Assembly: GCA_002633005.1 (NCBI GenBank)
Contig: NMRA01000020.1
Coordinates: 1,521,650-1,585,649, forward strand
DNA: 64,000 nt
Source: Phoronis australis
Lineage: Eukaryota; Animalia; Phoronida
Direction: 5' to 3'
How positions within the stretch are numbered: the first letter of the stretch is position 1; the number at the start of each line of letters is the position of its first letter. The position numbers and the translations under genes are program-made. Below, piece by piece: positions 36,301 through 50,059 of the stretch. The notes under the pieces were generated by a model. The model searched no databases. It had not been told where the DNA came from and saw nothing but the letters and a program-made list of their open reading frames with translations.

Positions 36301-39300
36301 GAAAGCGCTGATGCTCGCAGATTCTTGGCGGGTTATCTGGGGAAAATGGAAGACAGGACATCTCACGGGGCTTAGTGGTCCCCCATGAAAGTTTGGTATT
36401 GGTATTTTATCGCTATAAAATCATCAGAAATGTTCCTTTTGTAAAACTCACTAATAGTGGTTGGTCTTCGAGTATCCTATCATTTTTGTTGTTTGCGTCG
36501 AATGTCTTGATACTGCTGTGGTTTGCACGAATTTGTTTTGTGCCTTTTCGATGAGTTGAATTCTTAGCTCCTTCCCCTCGTGGATAGTTGACAGTGTCGG
36601 ATCTGAAGAGGAGCAAAGAGGCAATTACCGGCCCGTCCGAAAGAGAACCCCTCAATATGAAAGTCTAAACTTACACGGTTTCGTGGGACTCGAAGCCGAT
36701 TTCGTTAGAAATGACGTAGTTGGTGGGTGTCATAAAAATCGTCTTTCGCGTGTTCTTGGCGGATAATGCACTGTCCTCAAGCAAACGCGCGTACCTTTTT
36801 GTCCTCAAAAGCGCGAGTTCTGGGACGTTAGTCATCACAAAAACGTGACTGTGTTCTTGCGAAGATTTTTTTTAAGTTCGCGGATATGCTTGAGACACAG
36901 TTTATGTCAGACTCACCGATTTCGTTAGATATGACGTAATTAGCGGACGTAACGACAAAAATCATCTTTTAAACGTTCATTCCATTTGGATGAGCTCACC
37001 CTCCACCTCCCCCCCCATCGCAACACCCACATACCCCCTAGGCCCCCTTCACTGTATCCGCCTACTGCCCGACGAATGGCCGGCGATCGCGGGTACTTGT
37101 ACTCACGTACATGCTTGTTCCTATATTCCCGAACGGCAGGCGACTTTTTAACTAAATGAAAAAAGCATTTTGTCGGGGAACATATATTGTTTTCCCGAGA
37201 GGACAATATACAGAAACAGAATCTGTATATTCGGATGTATGTCCCTACGAGACTGAAACGCGAGGTCGTTAGCCGCTGACATTTTTGATCTAGGAAAAAT
37301 GTTTGGGAAGCGAACTGATCGAATTGTCGAATTTCTTCTCAAATCTTATTGATTTCTGCGAAAGATGAGTACAGGCTGGTGGTCGTTGTCCACTAGAGCT
37401 GGAGAATCGTTCACCCTCTCCGTTCAAGTTAGAGCCGTTTACCTGGATTCTCTTCCAGTTCTGAATCTAACTCCTCTATTACCCCCAGGGGATGGTGTAA
37501 CCCGTGATCAGTGAAGGAGACACTAGAGTCGGTACAAGTGGGTCGCTTTTATTCTGATAAACGAGATCCCAATGGGCGGTTGGATGCGCCAATGTAAGAC
37601 CGTGCACTCTCCCGATCTAATGGTAGACCTATGTTGTCCTTGGGAAGAACCAGGTAATGACCACGGTGTTGATATGTTTGGAAGCATTTTTACTCTTTGA
37701 GAGAGGAGTTCGAAAAAGGTAGAAAATCTAAACAAATAGATCGCCAGATGACTCTAACCTAAACAGAGATGGTGGGCGAAAGCACAGACTGAACGAGACG
37801 GCGGGTCGTGGTAGAGTAATATCAACCATTTTAACTGTGAGCAACAGTTTTGCCGGGCTTTTATTATGTGCGAACCACGGCGGATAAGCTTTTATCAAGG
37901 CGGTGTTATAACCTAAACTGCTTCGCACTCCCAAGGCGGATTAAATGACGGAATTGCCACATTAGCATCAAAACTGTAAGTAAGACTGGGTAAGCATCGT
38001 TTGAGAAATAATTAAGTTGGAGAAAACATAGCATCTAGGTTTAGTCACGAGGTATTTTTTCATTTAGTGTTGGCATTGCAATCAATTTCTTTTTAGCAAA
38101 TACAATTTCCTTTTAAAACAATGCTAACTCATCATTGTAATGAATCCAATTATTCTAAAATTTAAGAAGATGTTTTTTTTGTCGGACAAAATCAAAAATG
38201 ACGGCCAGTGCCTGTCTAATTTGATAAAACCGTAAGACTAATTCTTCCTCTTGGAATTTAAAGGTTTACTTCAAAGTCGAAAGATTTGGAATTAAAAATA
38301 AATAATCTTTGCCACCATCTTGTGTGAGTTTGACGACTTTCTTTTGGAAAACAAAGTGCTTTCCAATTACATCTACAAAAATTGTTTGGAATGGTATCTC
38401 TAAATTTTACCACCAGGGGACGCTCTATAGATCCAGAAATTTGTCTTAAATTTGCGCTTTTTTACTAATTGCAGCCTATGTAAATATTAGCTGCAGGTGA
38501 ATATCACACCTAATGGACATTTACGTTCATGGTTTTAAACATATTCTGTTCCATTTGCAATTTGCAGAATTGGTCAAAATTAAAAGTCAAATTTCAAGTA
38601 CTGAAATTATCAAGTTTAACACGGGGACTTTCTACTATTATAAAATAAAATGGTTTGTGATATCAAAAACAGCAAAACAAAATAACCCCTTCCCCCCACA
38701 AAAAAGTGGTCAAAGAAGCGATGTTTTAAGCTTCCGGTAGGTTACAGTCAAGGCTTAAACTGTCCGTTCTTTCCTAGCCACCAGAAAGCCCCTATTTTGA
38801 CTAAGGAAAATTTTGAAACCAATTTCATAACCGTAAGTACTTTTTTGACAGAAAGCATGACGAATATGCTAGCATTCAGTTCAGTTGCCACATCTTTCAA
38901 TGTCACATTATCGGCGAGAAAAGTGATTTTGTGTCAGCCCCTGCGCGGAACGACCCTGAAATCATCCTCGTGGTCACACTCAAACCAGGTAGTGTAGTAC
39001 ACTCCTTGCTCTAACGCTGTCACGGTACTGGCTGAGCTGAATCCCACACTCGTGTCAAGAGTCGTATTGATCTGGTAAAGTCGCCGGCCTGTGATTTCCG
39101 CGAACTGCGGGTAGACAACTGCGAATACTGGCGATTTCACAAAAATATAAAGGATTTTGTTGTTCAATAGCCCTGGTTAAGTTCACGACGCCAAGAAGTC
39201 TACTTCGTCTAACAATAATCCCGAAAATGCGTTTTTCGGCTGTAAAATCGATTATGCCTCATTAAATGTTTGTAATTATTTCCCAATTGTTAAGTACGCC

Positions 39301-39462
39301 AGACGACTAAACCTGTCTCAATAAAATAAGTCTCGGTGATATTGTTGTAATTCGGGCATTTCCACAGGGTGTCACAAAATGTACTCCCAATTCTAATTAC
39401 AATATTCATTGGCTATTGACTTGGCAACAACTGAGATTAGTGGTTCAAATTCACAAACAGGA

Positions 39463-39534
39463 CATGGGCGGCGTAGCACTGAAATAAGTGGAGGGGCTAT
39501 ACCCCCCAGCCCCCTATGGTGCACGCCGCCCATG
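39463..39534. mobile_element. GC-rich mini-MITE (Harbinger/hAT-like); related ends at 55909 and 56579
   Basis: TIR CATGGGCGGCGT / ACGCCGCCCATG. Confidence 0.6.
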
Positions 39535-41286
39535 CACTGAGGAGATCAAAAATGGAGAGAGAGCAGAGGTGGTGGCAATAGGAGGACGAGGGAAGCAGAA
39601 ATTTGGCGAAGTGATATATTTTACCTTCCTACGGGCCTGGTTACGAAATAGATTAGCGTGTTAATGAGTTAAGCCTGCACGCGTCAACTTGGAAAGCCCG
39701 TACGCGTTAACAACTAACAGGACTTGGAATTCCACAGTTTAGCGCCATTACATATGTCACCAGGGGAAAAAAGCAACCAAAGAACAGCCGATAGCAACAG
39801 TTTTGAACATTTTCGCCTGTATCCGTAGTTGAAGTATCTATTGCGGTGTCGATGAAGAGTCTATTCAACAACTTCAACGTGAGCGGGTGATGTTCGTCAA
39901 AGCTGTTAGTGGATTCTCGCGGCGAAGTTGGCGACAGTCGGACACTAAACCTAACCGTTCATTACATTTGGCAATTTGTGACTAAGAGTGGTCGGAGTGA
40001 TGCTTTCAACATCTTGTAAGACCTAAGTTTACATGTGCTACCGTCCAAGGCAAGCTGTAGTATTTCTTATTGCTAATTCATAACGCAAAATTGATATTTC
40101 ATATTTCAATCTGGTTTAATTTTCTGAAACTGGTTAATCAATAACATTACAATGACTTACCGTGAGTCTACAGACGACCGCAAGTAACTAAACAATTACT
40201 GAAATTATCTTTTCAGTTTGTTACTCAGTGACTAAGGCAACAAGGTGTTGTGGCTTCCAATCCCTGGGTCAAACCTTTACACTCCAACTCAACTCTATTT
40301 TACATTTTCCGTTCTACTTTTGTGCGAACTCGAGATAGCTGTTAATTATCCTATTGTCGAGTATATGTTACGCAAACAAGTCTCCGAAAGTATCAAGACG
40401 ACCAATTTGGTTTTGGAATTGCCTTGCATTCGAAATGCGAAAAATGCTCTCTCAGAAGGGCCGCGGAAGCCATAAGGTAATAATCGGATATAGCGTGCCA
40501 GCATTTTGAGAACCAAGGGACCAGGCAGGTGGGAACTGGGCCCTCCGAAATGTAGGAGGACATTTAAAAATGTTTATGAAAGTCAGCAGAGTAGTCAACT
40601 TGAACAAGCAGCTCTTCAGTGCGAAACATCTTATAAATTTTAAATCATGAGACGATATTATAAACCATTTTTTTCTAGTCATTCCTTACAAAGTCTGGGC
40701 AGAACGCAATGATCTTTTTCTTCTCTTTAGGCATTGGTAGGTTGCAGTCAATTAGAGTACAAACGTCTGTTTCGCGAAAATAACCTGCGAAATAAGCCTG
40801 TTAGCTATGGGAAGCCAAAGTGGAAAACAATCCAGGACACCTATTTTCTATACAAAGATCTCTTCAAGACAAAACAATCAAAACCAGAATTTATTACGCC
40901 AGAGCCTATAATTTATCACATCAGTGTCTACCAAGCTGGATCCCGTGTTTCGCACATGTAGTGTACGGGAATTAGCTTTCGCTAAGTTTACGCTAGATAT
41001 GGGAAGTTGCCCTTGTGATATATGCTTAAGTTAGGAAACAAAAACATCATGTAAAGGGTTTACTGTAATCAATGCTTTTTAAGTATCATTTGTTATTGTC
41101 ATCAATTTTTTGTTCTTAAATATTGCATTTCATCTTTTGTTCAACACCCATTTTTATAGTTACTTCGTCGTACACAAATGTCATGGTGATAATGCCAGGA
41201 GGTACACAACACAATGTGTCTTTATTGGCATACCTCAAATTCACATGTACAGATAGATTCATGAGTGTGCGTTTTACTTGTGTAGC

Positions 41287-42125
41287 TGTGGTGAACAAAG
41301 TCCTCAATCAAATTATCTTGGTACTAATCCCCTCATAGTAGAGCGTGGAGTCGATTGCTGTGCAAACAGATTGTGTCAGAGAGCGCAGGGATATCGTTGG
41401 CCAAATGGGTGAACGTTATGTACGTAAATTACGTGAGTAAATTGATTCTTGATGGAGGCGTAAATCAATTATGAACAGCGTAAATTAATTATATACGGCG
41501 TAAATTAACTTTTAACAGCGTAAAGTATTGCGGCGCAAATTAACTTTGAACGGTGTAAAGTAATTATTTGCGGCGTAAATTAACTTTCAACAGCGTAAAG
41601 TAAATATTTGCGGCGTAAATTAACTTTTAACGGCGTCAAGTAATTATTTGCAGCGTAAATTAAAATTAATTTAGTAATGTGCGTAATTTACGAAGTTAAC
41701 GTAAATAATTAATTCAAGCCGTTAAAAGATACTTTACGCCGCAAATAACTACTTTACGCCGTTAAAAGGCAATTTATGGCGCAAATAATTAATTTACTCC
41801 GTTAAGAGCTAATTTACGTCACTAGCATTAATTCACTCACGTAGTTTACATGCGAAACGTTCACGCATTTGGCCAACGATACAGGGAAGTTCGCATTTTG
41901 AACACAGCAGCTTCTGTGAGACACATGTCTCACACAGTATTGTCTTCCAGCAAATGGAGTCTAATACACGCCTATTTTAACGTATCCAGTAAATAACCCT
42001 GTACAGTACGCAGATCTTCAAATGATGTTCGGCCGGGTACATGGAGTAGTGTTCGTAGGCAGAAAAGTCCAATGTCCACGACCAGTTTTAGCCTGTCGCT
42101 TCAACGGGTTTGCCGATGTGTACAC
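41287..42125 (-). pseudogene. Helitron RepHel fragment, interrupted by the MITE at 41392-41881
   Basis: The minus strand translates as FCLRTLLHVPGRTSFEDLRTVQGYLLDTLK*ACIRLHLLEDNTV*DMCLTEAAVFKMRTS | LRSL / TICLHSN...YQDNLIEDFVHH. This matches the conserved Helitron YLRxLLxxVxGxTSFEDLRTV...ACxxxGLLEDD...LxEA...LRxLF block and has several stops. Confidence 0.85.
41392..41881. mobile_element. IS3EU-like MITE with internal AT-rich tandem sub-repeats
   Basis: TIR TATCGTTGGCCAAATG / CATTTGGCCAACGATA; 6-bp TSD CAGGGA at 41386-41391 and 41882-41887. TAY..RTA ends with a 6-bp TSD fit IS3EU. Confidence 0.8.
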
Positions 42126-45100
42126 TGGCCTCTGTTGTAGAGCGTGGAAGAGACAAAAGTAATTCAATTTCATTCTCATGACATTATCACTGTCGTCGGC
42201 GAGACATTGATGAACGCTTACCTAGTACCGACGTCATCACTTTGAAGAGCCGATGATTGTGGATGAACACGCGATATACTGGCATGACAAATTTCTGGTG
42301 TGATAAATTGTCGGTGCTGACATGTTCAAATTTTCGGTAATGGCGTGTTTAAATTTTGATTCAGACGTGACAAATTATAAGTCTTGACGTGATAAATTTT
42401 GTTCTTGAGTTATTTTTTGTTCCTGCAGAATAAAAATAATGTTTTGAAATGTTATTAATTCATGCATAAGAGAAAATCTTGGTTTTGAGGAATGTTTGGT
42501 CCTGCAGAATAAATTAGATGTTTTGGCCAGTTTTTAAATCTTGCACAGACAATATGTGTCTCCTGGAATTTTTCCGCTTTGGCTTTCCATACGGTTAGCA
42601 TTCATTTTACACTAGTCGAAGTTTACACAACTTCCGAAAGTTTCATTATTGAAGACATAAAGCCGATGCAGAGGCACAAAACATTTTTGTGCTATGCTCT
42701 ATTTCGGTAGAAGTTTTTAATTCGCTTTGCCTGTTCACAAAATTATAAAATATAGACAATTTTTATTACGGCTTTTCTACGAGGTTATCAGTCTACAACG
42801 GTACATTTCTTCCACCCGGAAGTTGTCCTCGTTTATACGTTTGGGTTAGACACGGTCGGTAAACTCGCAACACCAGAAAACCATTCACAGGAACCAATGT
42901 TGTTTCATACGCATTCAATTGGCACAGTAATTAATCATGTGGCTAGATACGCCTTGTATGGCGAATAAAGCGAGCTTGAGTTCCGTAGACTGCAAGACAT
43001 TAGCTTGCACTTGCGCCGAAAAATCTTCGCTTATCGAACTGAAACACTGAATTCGTCCCCATAATCCAACGCTCGAACCTTGCTGACTAATCACTTCAGT
43101 GGCCTCCGTTTTGCCATAACAGGCTATAGCACACGAGCCGCTCGCGAAATTCTCGCGTGATTTTGTGAAGTTTAGCGCGTTCTTGCTTTTCTCTCGAGAA
43201 ACTAGGTCTGGAGCCCTCTCGACGAGTGTGAAGCATACTTTTTTGACTTTGGTTTTTAGTTTACTCCTGAGTCTACTGATTTCTGTCTTTTGGCTTCGGC
43301 TTGTACTACTATAATCATAGGCAGACGATTATCGGACATTTAGCCTTAGCCTGGTTTCATGAAACAGTTTAAATCCTCCCTAGTTCCAGCGATTTTCAGA
43401 CAATAGCCTCTTCAAGAAGCAGGTTGCTGGTCTTTGCTTTGTTGCTTGGAATTCCAAAGCACCCCTCGAGCGTGGGAACTGAGGATAGGCAAGCTGGGAC
43501 TAAATTTAGATCTCAAATACATAATGTGTGCATTTAATGGGGTCAGGAATTCTTCAGTCGTTTTAGCACTCTGAGAATACTCAAAACTGTTACCACAGAC
43601 ATCCGTGTCGAAAAAACGACATTCATTCAACTTACATGTATGTCTGTGTGAAACGTTCGACCCTTTGAACATAGATTTTTGGGTTGCTTGATTAGTTTTA
43701 ATAATTAATATATAAACCTAGTCGGTATCATAGAGTTCAAGGTTTAAAAATCTTTTTACCAAGACGCAAACGCGGAGAACTGTCTTTTGTAGAAGTAAAA
43801 CATGTCATAGTCATAATTTGAGGTCTTCATTGAGGGACTGAATTGGTGTCATTTGAGGTCTTCACTGAGGGACTGTGTCATTTTGAATGCTAAAGCTGCC
43901 GTTTCACCCTAGCTCAAAGAATAAAATTATATGCTCCTAGTTACTCTCATGAAGTCGGTATCATAACATCCGTTTCCGTTAGTGATATGATTCTATTTCC
44001 GTTATGAACTCAAGTCAGACTGGGACAAGCCGAACACTGTACAGTTTTCGAATTTGCGATTATACAATAAACTCTGAAACGTTTTCGCGACACGCTGACA
44101 GTTTCGATGTTCTCGGTAGTAACGGAAATGAAATCTTATATTGCAATGTTGAGGATGTTGGGCACTTTAGCAGTTAGTTTTTAAATCATATTCGAAAACA
44201 TTAAAACGGCGGAAATAAACCCGCCTTCCCTCCTACAAAAAAATTTGATATAGACCACTTACCGTCATAGTCTCAAAAATTTCCTGAACAATTACATGTT
44301 CACGAACTCTGGCGATTTCCGGCGCTAGCACTTTTGCTAGAAGCAAAACACCAGTAATGTGAACGGTTACAGTGTGTTATTTTTGCTGGCACTTTGAGTT
44401 ACCCCAAAACTGCTGGCGTTTTCACTAACACGTCTACGGACAGACCGCTACTACTTCATGGGACAGTCGGGCGCAGGAGTCTCATCGTCTCATTCGTCAC
44501 TTCATTCCAGAAAATGGCCGTGTGACACCAATTTTCGCTTAAAAGCGATTCAGTGGTGAGGAAACAAACTGCTAGCGAGTGACTCTCAGTCCTGGTAGTG
44601 TTTTCGTCACCCATGTGAACCCAGTGTTAATCGAATTGGAGGCGATTTCACCGGGCTTCGAAAGAACGGACACGTCGACCGCTATTGTTTGAGATCGGGT
44701 GTTACAACTTGAAGTGGCTTGTCATCGAGTGTCATTTTATGTCCGGTTATGGCTTTAAGAACTGTCAGTTCTTAACAAAGCCAAAATCGCTAGTTTTTCA
44801 TCTGAGTAAATAAGTTGAGACCAATAGTTTTTACTTCTTGGAAGGAACGCGGGTTAATTACATTTGCTTTAAATTTAAAAATAGACAACATTATACATTC
44901 ATTTGGAATTAATGACGTCACAACTATATTGTCTTGCAACTAGAAAATGGTCTCCTCTGCTTTTATTGTCGGTGCTTTGCATTGCACACACCAAATTTGT
45001 CGCTGACATATTGCGCTTTAAATTGGTGCACTGTTAAGATTACTCCGCCCGACAATATTTAGACGTGCTTAGTGATTGATATTCTCGCCGCGTAAGCCAT

Positions 45101-45318
45101 AATTATTGGCAGTACAAACGAAGGCGCGTGGCATAATTGCTGTTGAGCTGCGTGTAAGCTGCATGCGAGTGGATGAAGAGTTGCCAGGATGTTCATAGGT
45201 GGAAATAAAGCTCATCGCCAGACGAACACTTTCGTGACAGAGGTTTACAGTTTGCCGTCAACTTTGTCATGGCGTCAATTCGATGAAGAGTGAGGCGTTG
45301 TCTAGAAGCTGTGTCACC

Positions 45319-45382
45319 ATGGGCAAACAGAATAGCAAATTGAATGCCAGTGAATTGAAAGACTTGTTGAACTGTACTTACT
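45319..45382 (+). CDS. NCS1: Neuronal calcium sensor (NCS-1/frequenin-like) first coding exon
   Basis: Kozak gtcaccATGG. Encodes MGKQNSKLNASELKDLLNCTY plus T|gtgagt. MGxxxSKL is a myristoylation signal, and a 64-nt phase-1 exon ending at TY|F matches the NCS1 gene structure as I recall it. No downstream exon was found, so subfamily assignment is tentative. Confidence 0.8.
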
Positions 45383-46410
45383 GTGAGTATGCACGTCATA
45401 ATATTAAATCACGAAAATATCACCATGTGTAAGTACTTTAAGATTTTGAGTAGACTTGTGGCTTTACTTAGTATAACATCGGTTATCTCGATGTACGAAT
45501 GAAACAGCCGAAAGCTTACGAGTCAGATGACGCCTGTTTTCAAACTCAATTCAGAAAATTATGCCAAGTTTTAGGGAATTCAACATTATTCATTTAAATT
45601 AGGTTTCATATTGTTAGCGATATCCGTGAAGCATTGTAGCGGAAACCGCTTGTCAGTTTTGAGGAGAAACGGTTGGATTGGGACTAGTTGTGTGACGCCA
45701 GTGCGGGGGATTTTAATTCCCTTAAGAAGGTATTAACGATTAATTCACAAATTTCCTCGGGGAGGAGATTAGGTTGCCAACAAGAGCAAAACTCGCAGAA
45801 TTCTAATTCTCGCAAAATTAGATTTGCCCCTGAATGACTTTACTTTACGAAAAGGTCTGCCTAAAACAGCTTACGTCAGATAAGAAGCGTCTGTATTCTA
45901 AGAAGTTGTGGAAGCTTATCCAGAGTGTAAGTTGTTGTATAACAGCCTTCAAAAACGTTTTTCACATCACTGGCAGGAACGCAATAAGAAAAATCTATAG
46001 ATTTCATAAACGACGTAATTTTGAGAAACCTTACTTTACGTCTCGCAGGGATTTCCTTCTTGTCAATTAGGTAAGTGCAGTGAGGTGCAGTGATTTAGTG
46101 TATGAATTTATGCATATCATTGCACTGTACACGGAACGACTGTCTAACATGAATGTACTTAATGTATTCTCATGTCGTGTACTGCATTTGACATGAGAAA
46201 TTATGTTCTGCTGAACAATTTATGATGCTGCAAATTGGTAGTCCACCGGCTATATGAGTGTTTATAGCGAATAACGGCCTTCTAAGCACGAAAGACTGTC
46301 GGGAGAAAATCGTTCAGGAACTCCTACATGGCTGTGCAACCACTTTTCAATAACTTAAAGCACCATGCACTGCTCTTACCAATGACTATAAAAATGTAGA
46401 GGAGAAGATT

Positions 46411-46546
46411 ATAATGATGACGACAACAATGACAATGATGATGATGACGAGCAGTGATGGATGTCTGATGAGGAAGAGGACGATGTTCATGATGGAGACG
46501 ATGATGACGAGAACGACAATGACGAGGGTGGTGGTGGTGATGATGA
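46411..46546. repeat. Degenerate (GAT/GAC)n microsatellite
   Basis: Trinucleotide low-complexity tract in NCS1-like intron 1. Confidence 0.85.
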
Positions 46547-49159
46547 AACAACTCAACATTAATGTTGTCTTGAAATGGGATCTTCTCATACACCGAACGT
46601 GGCTCAGGCACTGAATTTGTTTATTTCTTCCCATCATCCACTTAACTCGAGTAAAGAACAGGCTGAGATCAGTTTTACAACAGCAAGTGGTCAAAATAAC
46701 AATTATTCAAAATAAAATTTGCCGGAAAGTAATAGCATTGGCTAACAACTCATAACAAAGCCTTCCTACGCAGCATTATATGGAGGTCACTTGAATAATT
46801 TTTAATTGTTTCCTCAGTCTAAATGTTGCATTCGACGACTACTCAAAAGTGGACGAGGCAGGAGAATATGAAACCCTAATTGCAACTATTGTGTTGTCTC
46901 ACTCTCTTCTGTTGTAATAAGAGTTCTGCTAATCGTTGATGGATGTCAGTTACAGACGTGAATTATATTAGTAAACATAATATGTATAATAATATGCTTA
47001 ATTAAAGGAGTCTTATTATTTCGTCATAAACAAGGGTTGAAGGGGGCGCGGGCATCGACCAACAACATTTATCATGATCTTTAATTTCGCTTTTCTGTTT
47101 TACTGGAGCCAACAACTTGCACTTCTCAGCGTGAATGATAAGTGACGGCACAGTCTGTCTGGCCTATTCTGCCACCCTATACATGACCAATAAGGCCTTA
47201 CGTATTATTATTATTGTTTTTATTAACAATATTACTCCAATAAACCCATCGTTCTTCACGAATTTACAAAAACTTGCAAAGCATGGCAGTCATCTTCTAA
47301 TATGCCAGGATGAGATATTTTCGACAAGCTCACTCCCAACCAGTTCCCGAAACGGATCAGACAACTATTCTACACACTCGCACATACACTTAAGCAGAAG
47401 TATTCATTGAGACTGAAAGAGTGTTAGTCCAAAGCTACATGGAATCAACAGCAACAAATTCACACGTGTCACAAATTGTGCAGACTAACCGAAATTTGTT
47501 GTAGTAGCGATCGACACGTGTAGTGCAATTCAAGTTAGCCTTGGCTTGACAAATCACGGATTTTGTATAGTCATTTTCCAATCCTAGTCGACATAGTCAA
47601 TCTGTTTTTAATGATACATATGATTTGGAAAGGTTAAACATTTAAGCACGCCATATTTACATAAATGTCACTTCTATACAAATCCCAATACACCGTAACT
47701 TTCATTAAAATTAATGTCTTTCGAGACTCGTCAATTGTCAACTACAAGTTCGAAGTAATTTTGAAACTTAAAATGACTGGTATGGCAAAGTATGCGTCAA
47801 TTAAAGACGGCTGAGCTCACATAGCATGTTTATAATGTAATCAATACTATCTATAATGACGAACGAAGAGTGAAAATTTCTTCAAGTCGGTACTACATGA
47901 AAAAAATCAGAACGTAGTTCGCTAGCGTTGCCATCGATAGAGAGATTATGCGCGTCCTGACAAGAGTTGCGTTTAACTGGTAGAATAAGGTGGATGGATG
48001 GATGAATGGATAGATTATTGAGTCATTCCATATGGTGTTACAATATGACCAGTTTGGTCACATAACATAGGCTGGAAGACTAACACTGAAGGCATTGGAA
48101 GCCGTTTGCATGAAAGTCACATTTTAAAGTAACTATAAATAACGAACAATGCTGCCGAAGCTAAAATGGATAGAGAACTCAACAAAATAAGGAGCAAGTA
48201 AATACAACAATTTATAACAAATAACAAACGAGCGATGTCATTGCTACAACACCATATACTACATCCTTTAGTCCAGACTTCTCGTTTTGTTTTGTCTTGA
48301 TTTGGCCTAAAACTAGAACCACCAACAATTAAATAAAAATACACGTGAACAACTCGGCGTTGTAAAATCTAATTGCTCAAACCAGTTTTATTAAACGTGG
48401 AGAAAACAAAGTAAGGGTTGTTCAGCCAACTGTCAGTTAAGAAGATTTGTAAAAAGCAACATGACCGCCTTTAAGCTAGTGTAGTGAATCACTAAACGCG
48501 GTTACTGAGAATCTCCTCTGAGGAGCAACTAAAGCGGTTTTGCGTTGTGCACACTACGTCGTAACTCGATATCATGCGCTTTTTAACTAGTCAAAGAATC
48601 CCTGAAATGCATAATGTTTTAACTTTTTCTAGACCGGTTAATGGCTATCTATTACTGTTAATTAACTTCGAAATAAAGTACCAAAGACAGTTTTCGTTAA
48701 CGTCTTCCTACTTAAGTCTGTGGTATCAACGGTCACAATTGTACGATTGCGATATACTGCATGGCTCACTTGCAAGTAACTATACCGTTAACTCCGGAAC
48801 CTGTTCAATACCGTGATGTTCCTAAATGATTGGTAGCTGTCTTTAGATCAATTCCGGAAAATGCATTAATTTTCTACGTTTGGTTCCCTCAAAACGCGTT
48901 GTGACAGCGCACGCTATCAACTGATTTGTCTTTTTAGCCTATTGTTTTGCAGTTTGATGGACCATTGACCCTAGTTTCATCTAAGCATTCTCAGATCGTT
49001 GTCAATAGGACGTATAACAACACCAAATACCCAGTGGTAATAACTGAGTTATTTATGCGCCTTTTTCCGTGCAGCTGAGTGAGGTTGTAAGTACATGATA
49101 GACAAACCACGTTCACTTAAAAGGATATTATCGGCGAGACAAAAGACTTTCTGAGACAT

Positions 49160-49235
49160 GCCTCAGCACGGACTGGAACCTGCAACCACCGCGGTCGCGG
49201 TAGTCTAACGCTCTACAGGCCGAGCTGATTCCATT
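49160..49235 (-). mobile_element. tRNA-derived SINE head / tRNA pseudogene
   Basis: Minus strand AGCTCGGCCTGTAGAGCG (A-box-like) ... GCAGGTTCCAGTCC (B-box-like); the acceptor stem is not intact. Confidence 0.55.
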
Positions 49236-49745
49236 GAATGAATGGCAGTGCATCGTGTATTTGACGAGAATAGGCGATTCGTAATAAAATCACAACAACG
49301 TTTTTTATTGTGTTATAGCTATGGTCATCCGAAATAATTTTTAGGCCCTTTAAGGCTTTTTCAATCGTAAAACCGATCATGTCCCTAAATGCATGTAGTG
49401 TGAGTAAAATTACTGCAGGCGGCTGAGGTCGACAGAAAAATTAGTCATTATCGCTGTAACTGAAAATCTCGTGTACTTGTGGGGATCTACGCGAGGGAGT
49501 GCTTGGGTGAAATCCGCCCAGGTCACCGCATTTCGATCGCTACTGTTCGGTAGGCCGTACGCGGGAAAGAGTCGCCCGTTATTGCGCTCGCAATTACGAC
49601 CGAGACTTTGTTCGTGTCTTACGACCGTAATCGGTATATCCAATGAGAAATTGATTGATAAGTTACGTGAGCTCTGGAGAAGTTGTGCACAGCCAGGGTA
49701 GTTCTGTTCGTCACCTCGCCGTGAAACTTTATCAACATGTAAAGT

Positions 49746-50059
49746 CAGTGGCGGATCTAGGATACCATAAGGGGGGCCCAACATGTTGCCTCGGGGAAAT
49801 GGGCAAAGCGCGATTGTATGTGCGCAGGCAGCCCGAAAGTTGCGGGGCCGGGAATGTGAACCTTCTGTTCAGAAATGTATCGCGTGGACTAAAAAAAAAA
49901 GAAAAAAAAAAACGGGAACGCAATCCCGCTACGATCTGGGGTCTGAGCACCCCCCTTCTCCGCCAATATTTCCCCACGATTCACGCTCTTGCTGTTTAAT
50001 TTTGCTTGCGGCAGCCAAGGGGGGCGGGCTCCCTGCCCCCCCCCCTAAATCCGCCTATG
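49746..50059. mobile_element. GC-rich MITE (Harbinger/hAT-like)
   Basis: Ends CAGTGGCGGATCTAG / CTAAATCCGCCTATG with G and C tracts; a relative lies at 61204-61356. Confidence 0.65.

Noticed and set aside
41116-41307. ORF with TLMNL...CCVP resembling a TGF-beta C-terminus
   Set aside because: It lacks the terminal CxC and upstream cysteines, and its 5' end overlaps the Helitron fossil read in another frame.
46324-46694. His-rich, Ile-rich and Met/Thr-rich ORFs
   Set aside because: They are alternative readings of a (GAT)n microsatellite.
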